Below are positions 54,137 through 63,292 of a DNA stretch of 64,000 nucleotides, piece after piece (position 1 is the stretch's first letter; each line of letters starts with the position of its first letter). Made by a program: the position numbers and the translations under genes. The notes below the pieces were generated by a model. The model saw only the letters and a list, made by a program, of their open reading frames with translations. It ran no database searches and was not told the DNA's origin. The DNA is from Myxococcota bacterium (lineage in GTDB: Bacteria; Myxococcota_A; UBA9160; UBA4427): the NCBI GenBank assembly GCA_965250285.1, contig OZ252299.1, forward strand, positions 6,112,001 through 6,176,000, written 5' to 3'.

Positions 54137-55522
54137 ATGCGGAAGTACGTCGAAGCCGAAGCCGACGCGCAGGACGAATCCTCGGCGCAGCTCTCGCCCC
54201 GGCGCGACGCCCGCTACGGCGGACCGCTGCCGAAGTACGAGCTGCCCCAGAGCGGCCTCGCGGCCGACGACGTGTATCAGTTGATCCGCGGTGAGCTCGA
54301 GCTCGACGGCAGCGCGCGGCTCAACCTCGCGACGTTCGTCACGACCTGGATGGAGCCCCAGGCCGAGAAGCTGATGGACGAGTGCTTCGCGAAGAACATG
54401 ATCGACAAGGATGAGTATCCGCAGACCGCCGAGGTCGAGAGTCGCTGCGTCAACATCATCGCTCGCCTGTTCAATGCGCCGAGTACGAGCGTCGGTGCGT
54501 CGACGGTCGGCTCGTCGGAGGCCGTGATGCTCGCGGGCATGGCGCTCAAGTGGCGCTGGCGACAGCGGCGCGAGCAGGCGGGGAAGCCGGCCGACCGCCC
54601 GAACCTCGTGATGGGCTCCAACGTCCAGGTCGTCTGGGAGAAGTTCTGTCGCTACTGGGAGGTGGAGCCCCGCTATCTGCCGATGGAGCCGGGCCGCTAC
54701 GTGATCCAGCCCGAGCAGGTGAGCGACGCGTGCGACGAGAACACCATCGGCGTCGTCGCGATCCTCGGCACCACCTACACGGGCGAGTACGAGCCGGTCG
54801 CCGATGTGCACGCCGCGCTCGATGCCCTCGACCGCGACCGCAGGCTCGATATCCCGATGCACATCGACGCTGCGAGCGGCGGCTTCGTCGCCCCGTTCAC
54901 GCGCCCTGAGCTCGAGTGGGATTTCAGGCTGCCCCGGGTGAAGTCGATCAACGTCTCCGGCCACAAGTACGGACTGGTCTACCCCGGCATCGGTTGGGCG
55001 ATCTGGCGTGCGCATGAAGATCTGCCCGAAGAGCTCGTCTTTCGGGTCGACTATCTCGGTGGCGACATGCCGACGTTCACGCTCAATTTCTCGCGCGGTG
55101 GCAATCAGATCGTCGGCCAGTACTACAACTTCCTGCGCCTCGGCTTCGAGGGCTATCAGCGCATCATGTCCGGGCTGCACGACATCGCTACCTGGCTCTC
55201 GGCTTCGATCGAAGGGCTCGGGCCCTTCACGCTCTTCTCGCGCGGCGACGACATCCCGGTCTTCGCGTTCGGCCTCGCCGACTCGTCGCGCTTCAGCGTG
55301 TACGACGTATCGGATCGGCTTCGCCGACACGGCTGGCAGGTACCGGCCTACGCGATGCCCGAAGGGGCCGAGCAGGAGCATGCGCTGCGTATCGTGGTGC
55401 GCGATGGCTTCAGCTTCGACATGGGGCGTGCGCTCATCGACGACCTGAAGGAGGTCCTCGAAGACCTCGAACGGAACCCGCCTGCCGCCCCCCGAGTCGG
55501 CCGGCGCGCTTTTGCGCACTGA
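54137..55522 (+). CDS. gadB: Glutamate decarboxylase (PLP-dependent)
   Basis: LNLATFVTTWME, KNMIDKDEYPQT, STVGSSEA, HIDAASGGF, SGHKYG, GWQVPAY, terminal His; ATG 54137 after GGAG. Confidence 0.95.
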   Translation: MRKYVEAEADAQDESSAQLSPRRDARYGGPLPKYELPQSGLAADDVYQLIRGELELDGSARLNLATFVTTWMEPQAEKLMDECFAKNMIDKDEYPQTAEVESRCVNIIARLFNAPSTSVGASTVGSSEAVMLAGMALKWRWRQRREQAGKPADRPNLVMGSNVQVVWEKFCRYWEVEPRYLPMEPGRYVIQPEQVSDACDENTIGVVAILGTTYTGEYEPVADVHAALDALDRDRRLDIPMHIDAASGGFVAPFTRPELEWDFRLPRVKSINVSGHKYGLVYPGIGWAIWRAHEDLPEELVFRVDYLGGDMPTFTLNFSRGGNQIVGQYYNFLRLGFEGYQRIMSGLHDIATWLSASIEGLGPFTLFSRGDDIPVFAFGLADSSRFSVYDVSDRLRRHGWQVPAYAMPEGAEQEHALRIVVRDGFSFDMGRALIDDLKEVLEDLERNPPAAPRVGRRAFAH

Positions 55523-55614
55523 CGTTCGTCGCAGCGCAGGCCATGCGGTCGGCGCGGATGGTGTCTCGCTGCTGCCCGCAACGTGCGGGTGGCGACTTCG
55601 GAGGGGAGGGATCC

Positions 55615-56364
55615 ATGGTGCCCGATACGCAACGAAGGCAGCGACTCGGTCGATCGATGGGGCGAGGTGGCGTGGCGATCGCGCTCGCCCTGGCCTGTGC
55701 TCTCCTGTTCGGTTGCGCGACGACCCGCAAGGGGCGAAAGCCCGAATCGGCGGGCTTTCTCACCGACTACGATCGACTGGAGCCCGGTACCTCGAGCCAG
55801 GCCGAGCTCATCTGGACCCACCCCGACGTCGATTGGTCGCAGTACGACGCGATCCTCCTCGACCCGGTCACGGTCTGGGCCAGCGTCGAGGAGCAGAATC
55901 GGCACCTGAGCCCCGAAGACGCGCAGCTGCTCGCCAATGCGTTCTACGAGATGGTGAGTGATCGAGTCGCGCAGGAGTGGAAGCTGGCGACGGGGCCGGG
56001 GCCCGGGGTTCTGCGCGTGCAGGTCGCGATCGTGCGACTCGACTCGCGCAAGCTCGTGCTCGACGTCGTGTCGTCGGTGGTGCCGCAGGCCCGCGCACTC
56101 AACACGCTTCAATCGATGCTCACCGATCGCGTTGCGTTCACCGGGCAGGCCGCCATCGAAGCGCGCATCAGTGACGCGGCGACCGGCGAGGTGTTGCTCG
56201 AGGGGGCCGACCGACGGATGGGCAAGCTGATCCTCACGCCCGAGCAGGTCAAGACGTGGGGAGACGTCCACGACATCTTCTCGTACTGGACGGATCGCTC
56301 GATCCACAACCTGTGTACGGTGCAGGAGCGTCCCGACTGCCCGGCGGCGCCGAAGTCGCTCTGA
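55615..56364 (+). CDS. DUF3313-like lipoprotein
   Basis: Lipobox LLFGC, AGFLTDYDRL, YDAILLDPV, PGPGVLRVQVAI, EARISDAATGEVL. Confidence 0.8.
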   Translation: MVPDTQRRQRLGRSMGRGGVAIALALACALLFGCATTRKGRKPESAGFLTDYDRLEPGTSSQAELIWTHPDVDWSQYDAILLDPVTVWASVEEQNRHLSPEDAQLLANAFYEMVSDRVAQEWKLATGPGPGVLRVQVAIVRLDSRKLVLDVVSSVVPQARALNTLQSMLTDRVAFTGQAAIEARISDAATGEVLLEGADRRMGKLILTPEQVKTWGDVHDIFSYWTDRSIHNLCTVQERPDCPAAPKSL

Positions 56365-56469
56365 ATCGACGGCGACGGGGTGGCTCGAGTGACGGGCGAG
56401 CGGCACAGTGGGGTCGCGAAGTCGATGCGGCTGCCCGCCGCGAACCGCGCAGAGAGCGAGGAGCCTCAA

Positions 56470-57615
56470 GTGCGAAACATCTTTTGGACCGCGTTGCTCT
56501 TGACGCTCACATCGATCGGCGTGGGCTGCGACCGCGACGCGGGCCTGCCGCCGGAGCCGCCGACCCCGGTCACGGTGCACGATGTCACGGATGACGACGC
56601 GGCCGGCTCTCAGAAGTACACCGCCAACATCCAGCCCGAAGTGCTGGTGCACATCGACGCCCAGGTGAGTGGCAACATCACGAAGCTCGCGATGCGACCC
56701 GGCGCCGACGGTGTCTCGAGGCCGCTGCAGGGCGGCGACAAGGTCGACGGCGGCACGTTCCTCGCTCAGGTCGACGAGTCGAGCTACAAGGCGTCGCTCG
56801 AGCGGGCGCAGGATCAGCTCGACGGGGTGGTCGCGCGATTCACGGACGCGAAGGAAGAATTCGGCCGCACGCAGGAGCTCTTCGATGCGGGGGTCGACTC
56901 GCAGGCCCAGCTCGATCGCATGCGCGCCGCCTACGAGTCGAGCCGCTCAGAGGTGGCCAAGGCGCGCCACGGGGTGGATTCGGCGCAAGTCGACTACGAC
57001 CGCTGCACGATCGCGTCGCCTTCGGCCGGTACGGTGATCGAACGCGAGGTCGAAGTGGGCGATCTGGTGAACCCGGGCGACGAGGTCTTTCAGGTCGCCG
57101 ACCTCTCGCGCATGAAGGTCGTCTTCGGTGTGTCGGCCCTCACGGCGCAGCGCGTCTCGATCGGGGACGTGATCACGATGCTCGTCGACTCACTCGACGG
57201 GCTCGAGATCGCGGGCACGGTGACGCGGGTCGCACCGGCGGCCGACGCCACCAGTCGTCTGTATGACATCGAGGCGACGGTGCCGAACACCGACGGAAAG
57301 CTGCGCATCGGCATGATCGCCAGCCTGCGGCTCCCGCCCGAGCGGCTCGCGGGGCCCGAGGCCGACAAGCCGTTCGTTCCGCTCGACGCGATCATTCGGC
57401 CTCCCGGTGCTTCGAAGGGCGTTGGCCTGTACGTCGTCGAGAAGGCGAGTGGCGCAGGCAGCGACGCAGGCGTGGCGCGTCTGCGCGACGTGAAGACCGG
57501 TGAGGTGTTCGGTAGCCAGGTCCGGGTGCTCTCGGGTCTCTCGACCGGGGATCGGGTCATCGTACGGGGCGCGACGATCGTGCAGGACGGAGACGCCGTG
57601 CGGGTGATTCAGTGA
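56470..57615 (+). CDS. RND efflux periplasmic adaptor (membrane fusion protein)
   Basis: Possible lipobox VGC, lipoyl-like halves (QVSGNI, IASPSAGTV, VEVGDLV), LRIGM, SGLSTGDRVIVRG; GTG 56470 after GAGGAG. Confidence 0.9.
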   Translation: MRNIFWTALLLTLTSIGVGCDRDAGLPPEPPTPVTVHDVTDDDAAGSQKYTANIQPEVLVHIDAQVSGNITKLAMRPGADGVSRPLQGGDKVDGGTFLAQVDESSYKASLERAQDQLDGVVARFTDAKEEFGRTQELFDAGVDSQAQLDRMRAAYESSRSEVAKARHGVDSAQVDYDRCTIASPSAGTVIEREVEVGDLVNPGDEVFQVADLSRMKVVFGVSALTAQRVSIGDVITMLVDSLDGLEIAGTVTRVAPAADATSRLYDIEATVPNTDGKLRIGMIASLRLPPERLAGPEADKPFVPLDAIIRPPGASKGVGLYVVEKASGAGSDAGVARLRDVKTGEVFGSQVRVLSGLSTGDRVIVRGATIVQDGDAVRVIQ

Positions 57616-60600
57616 GCGGCGACGCGCCCGCATCGCCCGGCCCTGACACGGGGCCGCCGAACGACGGCTGGCCCCCCGAACGGATCGCGGCCACGCACAA
57701 CGTCGCGCGCTTCTTCGTCGAGAACCGCGCGGTGTCGTGGGTGTTGATGATCGCGGTGATCGGCTTCGGCCTCTTCGGCTACGACTCGATGCCGAAGCAG
57801 AAGGATCCCGAGATCCCCGTGCGCGTGGCCGTCGCGAAGACGCCCTGGCCGGGGGTCGAAGCCGAGCGGATCGAGCTGCTCGTCACGCGTCCCATCGAAG
57901 AGAAGATGGCCGAGAACTCGGACATCTATCCCTCGACTCCCACGGACTTCGGCATTCAATCCCTGACGCTGCCCGGTCTGTCGATCGTCCAGGTGCAGCT
58001 GGACGACCGCCTCTCGGGTGAAGAGCTCGCCGTTCAGCTGAACGACATCGACCTGAGGCTCAAGCAGCTGAACGCGTCGCTGCCCGAAGGCGCAGGGCCG
58101 ATCCAGTGGGACAGCGGCTTTGGCGAGACGGCAGCGCTGATGCTGACGATCGCGAGCCCTCCGGAGCGACCGGTGGCCATCGACCTGCGCGCCCGGTCGG
58201 TGGCCGACGCGATTCGGGGCCTGCGCGCGCGGGCGTCCTCCCCCGACGAGCGGATGTCCGTCGTGGTCATGCTGCCCCGCATGGGGGACGGCCGGGCGCT
58301 CGAGCCCGCCGCGCGCCTGGCCGGACGTCGTCTGGTCTCGCTCGGCCTCGCGCGGGATCCACGGTCGCTCGTCGGGCCGGGCTTCGCCGTCCTCGACTTC
58401 GCGACGAGCCGTCCGAAGGACGAGATGCTCACCGCGGTGCAGGACATCGCGAGTCGCGACCTGCACCTGACCCGCGCGCACCCCGACGCGTGGGATCCCG
58501 TCGTCGTGCGCGACCCCGATGAGCTGGCCGCCGCGCTGGCGAAGTCGCCGGGTGCGCGGTTCACCTATCAGGAGCTCGACGACGCTTCCGACCTCGTGTC
58601 GCGACAGTTGCAGGCCGTTCCCCAGGTTTCGAAGGTGCTGCGCTATGGCGTGATCCCGCGGCGGGTCGAGATCGACTACTCGCAGGACCAGCTCGTGTCC
58701 CGGGACATCTCGCTGCGCGGGATCGCAACGATTCTCGGGCAGCGCAACGAAGTGCTCGGTGGCGGTCGCATGGATGCGTCGGGCAGCGAGATCGTCGTCG
58801 CGCCGAGCGGCGACTTTCGCGCGCTCGACGAGATCGGTCAGGTGCAGATCGGCCAGAGTCGCACCGGCTCGCCGCTGACACTCTCGGAGGTCGGCGACCT
58901 CAAGCTCAGTTACCTGAGCCCGCCGACCGTGATCAATACCCTCACGCACCGCGATGGCGGCGGGACATGGCGCCGCAACCCGGCGGTCACGCTGGCGGTG
59001 CAGATGCGCACGGGCCAGCAGATCTCGAAGTTCAGCGAGCAGGTCAACGTCGAGCTCGCCGACCTCGAGTCGCGGTTGCCCGAAGAGCTGATCTTCGCGC
59101 GCACATCCGATCAGCCGCGCCAGGTCGAGGAGAACATCGACCTCTTCATGGGCGCGCTCTACGAGGCGATCCTGCTCGTCGTGATCGTCGCGCTGATCGG
59201 CTTCCGCGACTGGCGCTCGTCGCTGCTGCTCACGATCTCGATCCCGCTGACGCTCGCAATGACGTTCGGCACGATCTCGCTGCTCGGCGTGCACCTGCAG
59301 CAGATCTCGATCGCGACGCTGATCATCGCGCTCGGCCTGCTCGTCGACGACCCGGTGGTGGCGAGCGACGCAATCAAGCTCGAGCTCGGTCAGGGCAAAC
59401 CCGCCGACATCGCCGCGTGGCTCGGCCCGACAAAGCTCGCGCGGGCGATCCTCTTCGCGACGATCACGAACGTCGCCGCCTACCTGCCCTTCCTGATGCT
59501 CACGGGCACGAGCGGCGAGTTTCTGTGGAGCCTGCCGGTCGTGATGGCGACCGCGCTCATCAGCTCGCGCATCGTCTCGATGACGTTCCTGCCCTTTCTG
59601 GCTTACCACCTGCTTCGCAAGCCGACGAAGCCCGAGCCGACGATGGAGGAGCGGCGCACCCAGGGCTGGTCTGGGCGCTACTACGCGTTCGTGCGCACGT
59701 GCCTGACGCATCGATGGCTCGTGCTCGGCATCGCCGTGACCTTGATGGTCGCCGGGCTCTCGACCGGCCGGAACCTCGTCACGTCGTTCTTTCCGACCGA
59801 CGTGCAGTACCTCTTCACGATCGACGTCTGGGCACCCGTCGCCTACGGCGTGCCGCGCACCGACGGCGTCGCCCACAACGTCGGCGAGATCGTGAAGGAC
59901 GTGATCGCCGAAGAGCGCCAGGCGGGTCGCATCCAGGGCGATCTCGTCGGGATCACGACGTTCTCCGGTGCCGGCGGTCCGCGCTTCTGGCAAACCGTGA
60001 CCCCCGAGCTCAATCAGACGAACTATGCCCAGCTGATCGTCGAGGTCGAGAACAAGGAAGACACGCCGCTGATCGTGCCGCTCATTCAGGACCAGATCGA
60101 CGTGCGGATCCCCGGCGCGTGGATCGACGTGCGGCAGCTGCAGCTCAACCCCGTGCAGCAGCCCGTCGCGCTCTTGCTCTCGTCGCGCGACGACCCGGGC
60201 GACTGGCACTCCGAGGAGGACTTCGACACCTTGCGTCGGCTCTCCGATGAGCTGATCGACGTGCTGCGCGCGGCGCCGAGCGTGGTGCGCGTGCGCAGCG
60301 ACTGGCTCGAAGAGCGCTACCAGGTCAATGTCGAGGTCGACCCTGATCAGGCCAACCTGTCGGGTATCAGCAACGTCGACGTCGCGCAGTCGATTCAAGC
60401 GGCCTACGAGGGCCTGCCCGTGTCATCGCTGCACCTGGGCCACCAGGACATTCCGGTGCTGCTGCGCATGAAGGCCTGGGAGCGTCCGGGCGCCCACGAA
60501 CTCGGCACGCTCTACGTCTATCCGTCGGCCGGCGGAGACGCGGTCCCCCTCGACGCGTTCTCGGCCATCGTGCCGACGCTCGCCACCGAACGCGTGCATC

Positions 60601-61280
60601 GTCGAGAGCACTTTCGCACGGCGACCATCTACGGGTTCCCTCGCGCGGGCCAGCTGCCCTCGCAGGTCATTGCCGAAGCGAGGCCAGGCATCGAGGCATT
60701 CCGCGAGAAGCTGCCGCCGGGCTACTTCCTGCAGATCGGCGGCGAGCAGTACAAGCAGGAAGACGGCTTTCGCAACATGACCCAGGTGCTCGTCGTGTCG
60801 ATCGTCTGCATCTTCGTGGCCCTGGTGTTCCAGCTGGGCAGCCTGGTCAAGCCGTGGATCGTCTTCGCCGGGGTCCCCTTCGGTTTCGCTGGCGGCGTCG
60901 TCATGCTGAACCTGACGGGCGAACCGTTCGGCTTCATGGCCTTCCTTGGGCTCGTGAGCCTCGTCGGGGTCATCGTGAGCCACATCATCGTGCTGAACGA
61001 CTTCATCGAGGAGATGCTCGCCCGCGGTGAGCCGCTCGTGCAGTCGCTGCTCGATGCGGGCCTCATGCGTCTGCGCCCCGTGCTGATCACCGTTGCGGCG
61101 ACATTGCTCGCGCTCTTCCCGCTCGCCCGCGACGGCGGCCCCCTCTGGCAGCCGCTCTGCTTCGCGCAGATCGGCGGGCTCGCGGTCGCGAGCCTGATTT
61201 CGTTGTTGATCGTACCGGTGCTCTACGCGATCTGTGCCCTCGATCTGAAGATCATCGATCACGCCGACCGCCAGGCGTGA
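57612..61280 (+). CDS. RND efflux transporter permease (AcrB/AcrD/AcrF family) with a periplasmic insertion
   Basis: WPGVEAERIELLVTRPIEE, SIPLT, ALGLLVDD, RLRPVLIT, IGGL, LLIVPVLY. Confidence 0.92.
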   Translation: MSGDAPASPGPDTGPPNDGWPPERIAATHNVARFFVENRAVSWVLMIAVIGFGLFGYDSMPKQKDPEIPVRVAVAKTPWPGVEAERIELLVTRPIEEKMAENSDIYPSTPTDFGIQSLTLPGLSIVQVQLDDRLSGEELAVQLNDIDLRLKQLNASLPEGAGPIQWDSGFGETAALMLTIASPPERPVAIDLRARSVADAIRGLRARASSPDERMSVVVMLPRMGDGRALEPAARLAGRRLVSLGLARDPRSLVGPGFAVLDFATSRPKDEMLTAVQDIASRDLHLTRAHPDAWDPVVVRDPDELAAALAKSPGARFTYQELDDASDLVSRQLQAVPQVSKVLRYGVIPRRVEIDYSQDQLVSRDISLRGIATILGQRNEVLGGGRMDASGSEIVVAPSGDFRALDEIGQVQIGQSRTGSPLTLSEVGDLKLSYLSPPTVINTLTHRDGGGTWRRNPAVTLAVQMRTGQQISKFSEQVNVELADLESRLPEELIFARTSDQPRQVEENIDLFMGALYEAILLVVIVALIGFRDWRSSLLLTISIPLTLAMTFGTISLLGVHLQQISIATLIIALGLLVDDPVVASDAIKLELGQGKPADIAAWLGPTKLARAILFATITNVAAYLPFLMLTGTSGEFLWSLPVVMATALISSRIVSMTFLPFLAYHLLRKPTKPEPTMEERRTQGWSGRYYAFVRTCLTHRWLVLGIAVTLMVAGLSTGRNLVTSFFPTDVQYLFTIDVWAPVAYGVPRTDGVAHNVGEIVKDVIAEERQAGRIQGDLVGITTFSGAGGPRFWQTVTPELNQTNYAQLIVEVENKEDTPLIVPLIQDQIDVRIPGAWIDVRQLQLNPVQQPVALLLSSRDDPGDWHSEEDFDTLRRLSDELIDVLRAAPSVVRVRSDWLEERYQVNVEVDPDQANLSGISNVDVAQSIQAAYEGLPVSSLHLGHQDIPVLLRMKAWERPGAHELGTLYVYPSAGGDAVPLDAFSAIVPTLATERVHRREHFRTATIYGFPRAGQLPSQVIAEARPGIEAFREKLPPGYFLQIGGEQYKQEDGFRNMTQVLVVSIVCIFVALVFQLGSLVKPWIVFAGVPFGFAGGVVMLNLTGEPFGFMAFLGLVSLVGVIVSHIIVLNDFIEEMLARGEPLVQSLLDAGLMRLRPVLITVAATLLALFPLARDGGPLWQPLCFAQIGGLAVASLISLLIVPVLYAICALDLKIIDHADRQA

Positions 61281-61361
61281 GCCCGCCACCGCGTCGTCCG
61301 TGCTCGATCGGCCGAGAGTTCGAGTCGAGGGCCACGGGCGAGAGCGTCAGGAACCGAAGCC

Positions 61362-61676
61362 ATGGTCGTCGACTTCATCGTCGCGCACATCAGCATCACG
61401 TATAAGTTCATCTGGCTGATCGCCACACTCCTCGTGGTCGTTTTCGTCGCCGCCGCCGCGATCGCCCGGATCGATCGCATCAGCTTCGAGGACGCGCTCT
61501 ACTTCTCGTTGATTACCGCGTTGACGGTGGGCTTCGGTGAGATCACACCGAAGAGTCGGGCGTCGCGCGTACTGGCCGTCCTTCTCTCGCTGATCGGCGT
61601 GCTCTTCACAGGCCTCGCCGTGGCTGCCGCGGTGCACTCGATGCAGGTCGCGCTCGGCACGGCGAACCCCGTCTAG
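61362..61676 (+). CDS. Two-TM potassium channel-family protein (pore domain only)
   Basis: DALYFSLITALTVGFGEITP selectivity-filter motif flanked by two TM helices; 104 aa. Confidence 0.88.
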   Translation: MVVDFIVAHISITYKFIWLIATLLVVVFVAAAAIARIDRISFEDALYFSLITALTVGFGEITPKSRASRVLAVLLSLIGVLFTGLAVAAAVHSMQVALGTANPV

Positions 61677-61790
61677 TCGTCACGCTCCGCCGCGCGATCG
61701 CCCTGGATCTGTGTCACCTTCGAATGCACCGAACGCCGTGCGTGGCTCACCCGAGACGCCTGCTGCTGCTCGGCTTGACGGAGGGACCCG

Positions 61791-63290
61791 GTGAAAGAGT
61801 TCATCCTCGCGCTGGATCAGGGCACGACGTCGTCTCGCGCGCTGGTCTTCGACCACGGGGGCAACGTGGTCGCGCTCGATCAGTACGAGTTCCCACAGCA
61901 TTTTCGTCAGCCCGGCTGGGTCGAGCACGACGCCGAAGAGATCTGGGATTCGCAGCTGCGCGCCGCTCGCGGGGCGATCGAGAAAGCCGGGATCACGGCC
62001 GAGCAGGTCGCGGCGGTCGGCATCACGAACCAGCGCGAGACGGCGGTCGTCTGGGAGCGCGACTCAGGGCGCGCGATCCACCCGGCGATCGTCTGGCAGT
62101 CGCGCCAGACCGCCGGGATCTGCGAGGGACTGCGCGAACGCGGTCTCGAAGCCGAGGTCAAGGCGCGTACGGGCCTCGTGATCGACTCGTACTTCTCGGG
62201 CACGAAGGTGCGCTTCATCCTCGACGCAGTCGACGGCGCGCAGGCGCGCGCCGAAAGAGGCGAGCTCTGCTTCGGCACCATCGACGCGTTCCTCCTCTAC
62301 CGCCTGACGGGCGGGCGTGTCCATGCGACCGAGTACTCGAACGCGTCGCGCACGCTGCTCTACGACATCCACGCGCTCGAGTGGAGCGACACGATGCTCG
62401 ATGCCCTCGAGGTGCCGAGGGCGATGCTGCCCGAGGTGCGCGACTCGAGTGGCGTGTTCGGTTCGACGTCGAAGGAGTGGCTCGGAGCCGAGTTGCCCGT
62501 CGCGGGGATCGCGGGCGACCAGCAGTCGGCGCTCTTCGGCCAAGGCTGCTTCGAGCCGGGCTCACTCAAGAACACGTATGGCACGGGCTGCTTCCTGCTC
62601 ATGAATACCGGCACCGAGGCGCGCGCGAGCGAGAACGGCCTGCTCACGACGCTGGCCTGGGGGCTCGAGGGCCGGGTCGAGTACGCACTCGAAGGCAGCG
62701 TCTTCGTTGCAGGCGCAGCCGTGCAGTGGCTCCGCGATGGGCTCGAGCTGTTCGAGGATGCCGCCGAGACCGAGGCCATGGCGCGGTCGGTGGAGAACAC
62801 CGAGGGGGTCTACTTCGTGCCGGCGCTGACGGGGCTGGGCGCGCCGTACTGGGACGAGCGCGCGCGCGGCACGATCGTCGGGCTGACGCGAGGTACGAAA
62901 CGGGCGCACCTCGTGCGCGCCGCGCTCGAGTCGATCGCGTTCGGTTCGCGCGACGTGGTCGACTGCATGGCGCAGGATGCAGGGCTCTCGATCGACCACC
63001 TGCGGGTCGATGGCGGAGCGTCCCAGAACGACTTCCTGATGCAGTTCCAGGCCGATCTGCTCGGCGCCGTCGTCGATCGGCCGCCCGTGCTCGAGGTGAC
63101 GGCCTTTGGCGCCGCGGCGCTGGCGGGGCTCGCCGTCGGTTTCTGGCAAGACCGCGGCGACCTGCGCGCAAGCGCCGAAGCGTCGGGTGGGACGCGCTTC
63201 GAACCCGAGCTCGGCGAGGCCGAACGCGAGGCCGCGTATGCGCAGTGGAAGCGCGCGGTGGAGCGATCCCTCGACTGGGATCGGTCCTGA
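61791..63290 (+). CDS. glpK: Glycerol kinase
   Basis: LDQGTTSSRA, GITNQRET, YFSGTK, SNASRT, GDQQSALFG, KNTYGTG, GLGAPYWD. Confidence 0.96.
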   Translation: MKEFILALDQGTTSSRALVFDHGGNVVALDQYEFPQHFRQPGWVEHDAEEIWDSQLRAARGAIEKAGITAEQVAAVGITNQRETAVVWERDSGRAIHPAIVWQSRQTAGICEGLRERGLEAEVKARTGLVIDSYFSGTKVRFILDAVDGAQARAERGELCFGTIDAFLLYRLTGGRVHATEYSNASRTLLYDIHALEWSDTMLDALEVPRAMLPEVRDSSGVFGSTSKEWLGAELPVAGIAGDQQSALFGQGCFEPGSLKNTYGTGCFLLMNTGTEARASENGLLTTLAWGLEGRVEYALEGSVFVAGAAVQWLRDGLELFEDAAETEAMARSVENTEGVYFVPALTGLGAPYWDERARGTIVGLTRGTKRAHLVRAALESIAFGSRDVVDCMAQDAGLSIDHLRVDGGASQNDFLMQFQADLLGAVVDRPPVLEVTAFGAAALAGLAVGFWQDRGDLRASAEASGGTRFEPELGEAEREAAYAQWKRAVERSLDWDRS

Positions 63291-63292
63291 GC

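Noticed and set aside
11589..60398. Many long antisense or alternate-frame ORFs (e.g. 11589..13754, 16619..19666, 28099..30315, 38504..40690, 49213..51579, 57609..60398)
   Set aside because: They mirror well-supported genes and carry no motifs; scarce stop codons in high-GC DNA explain them.
46997..61790. Accessory block as an integrative or prophage element
   Set aside because: No integrase, transposase, tRNA target or flanking direct repeats were seen, and no obvious compositional shift by eye.
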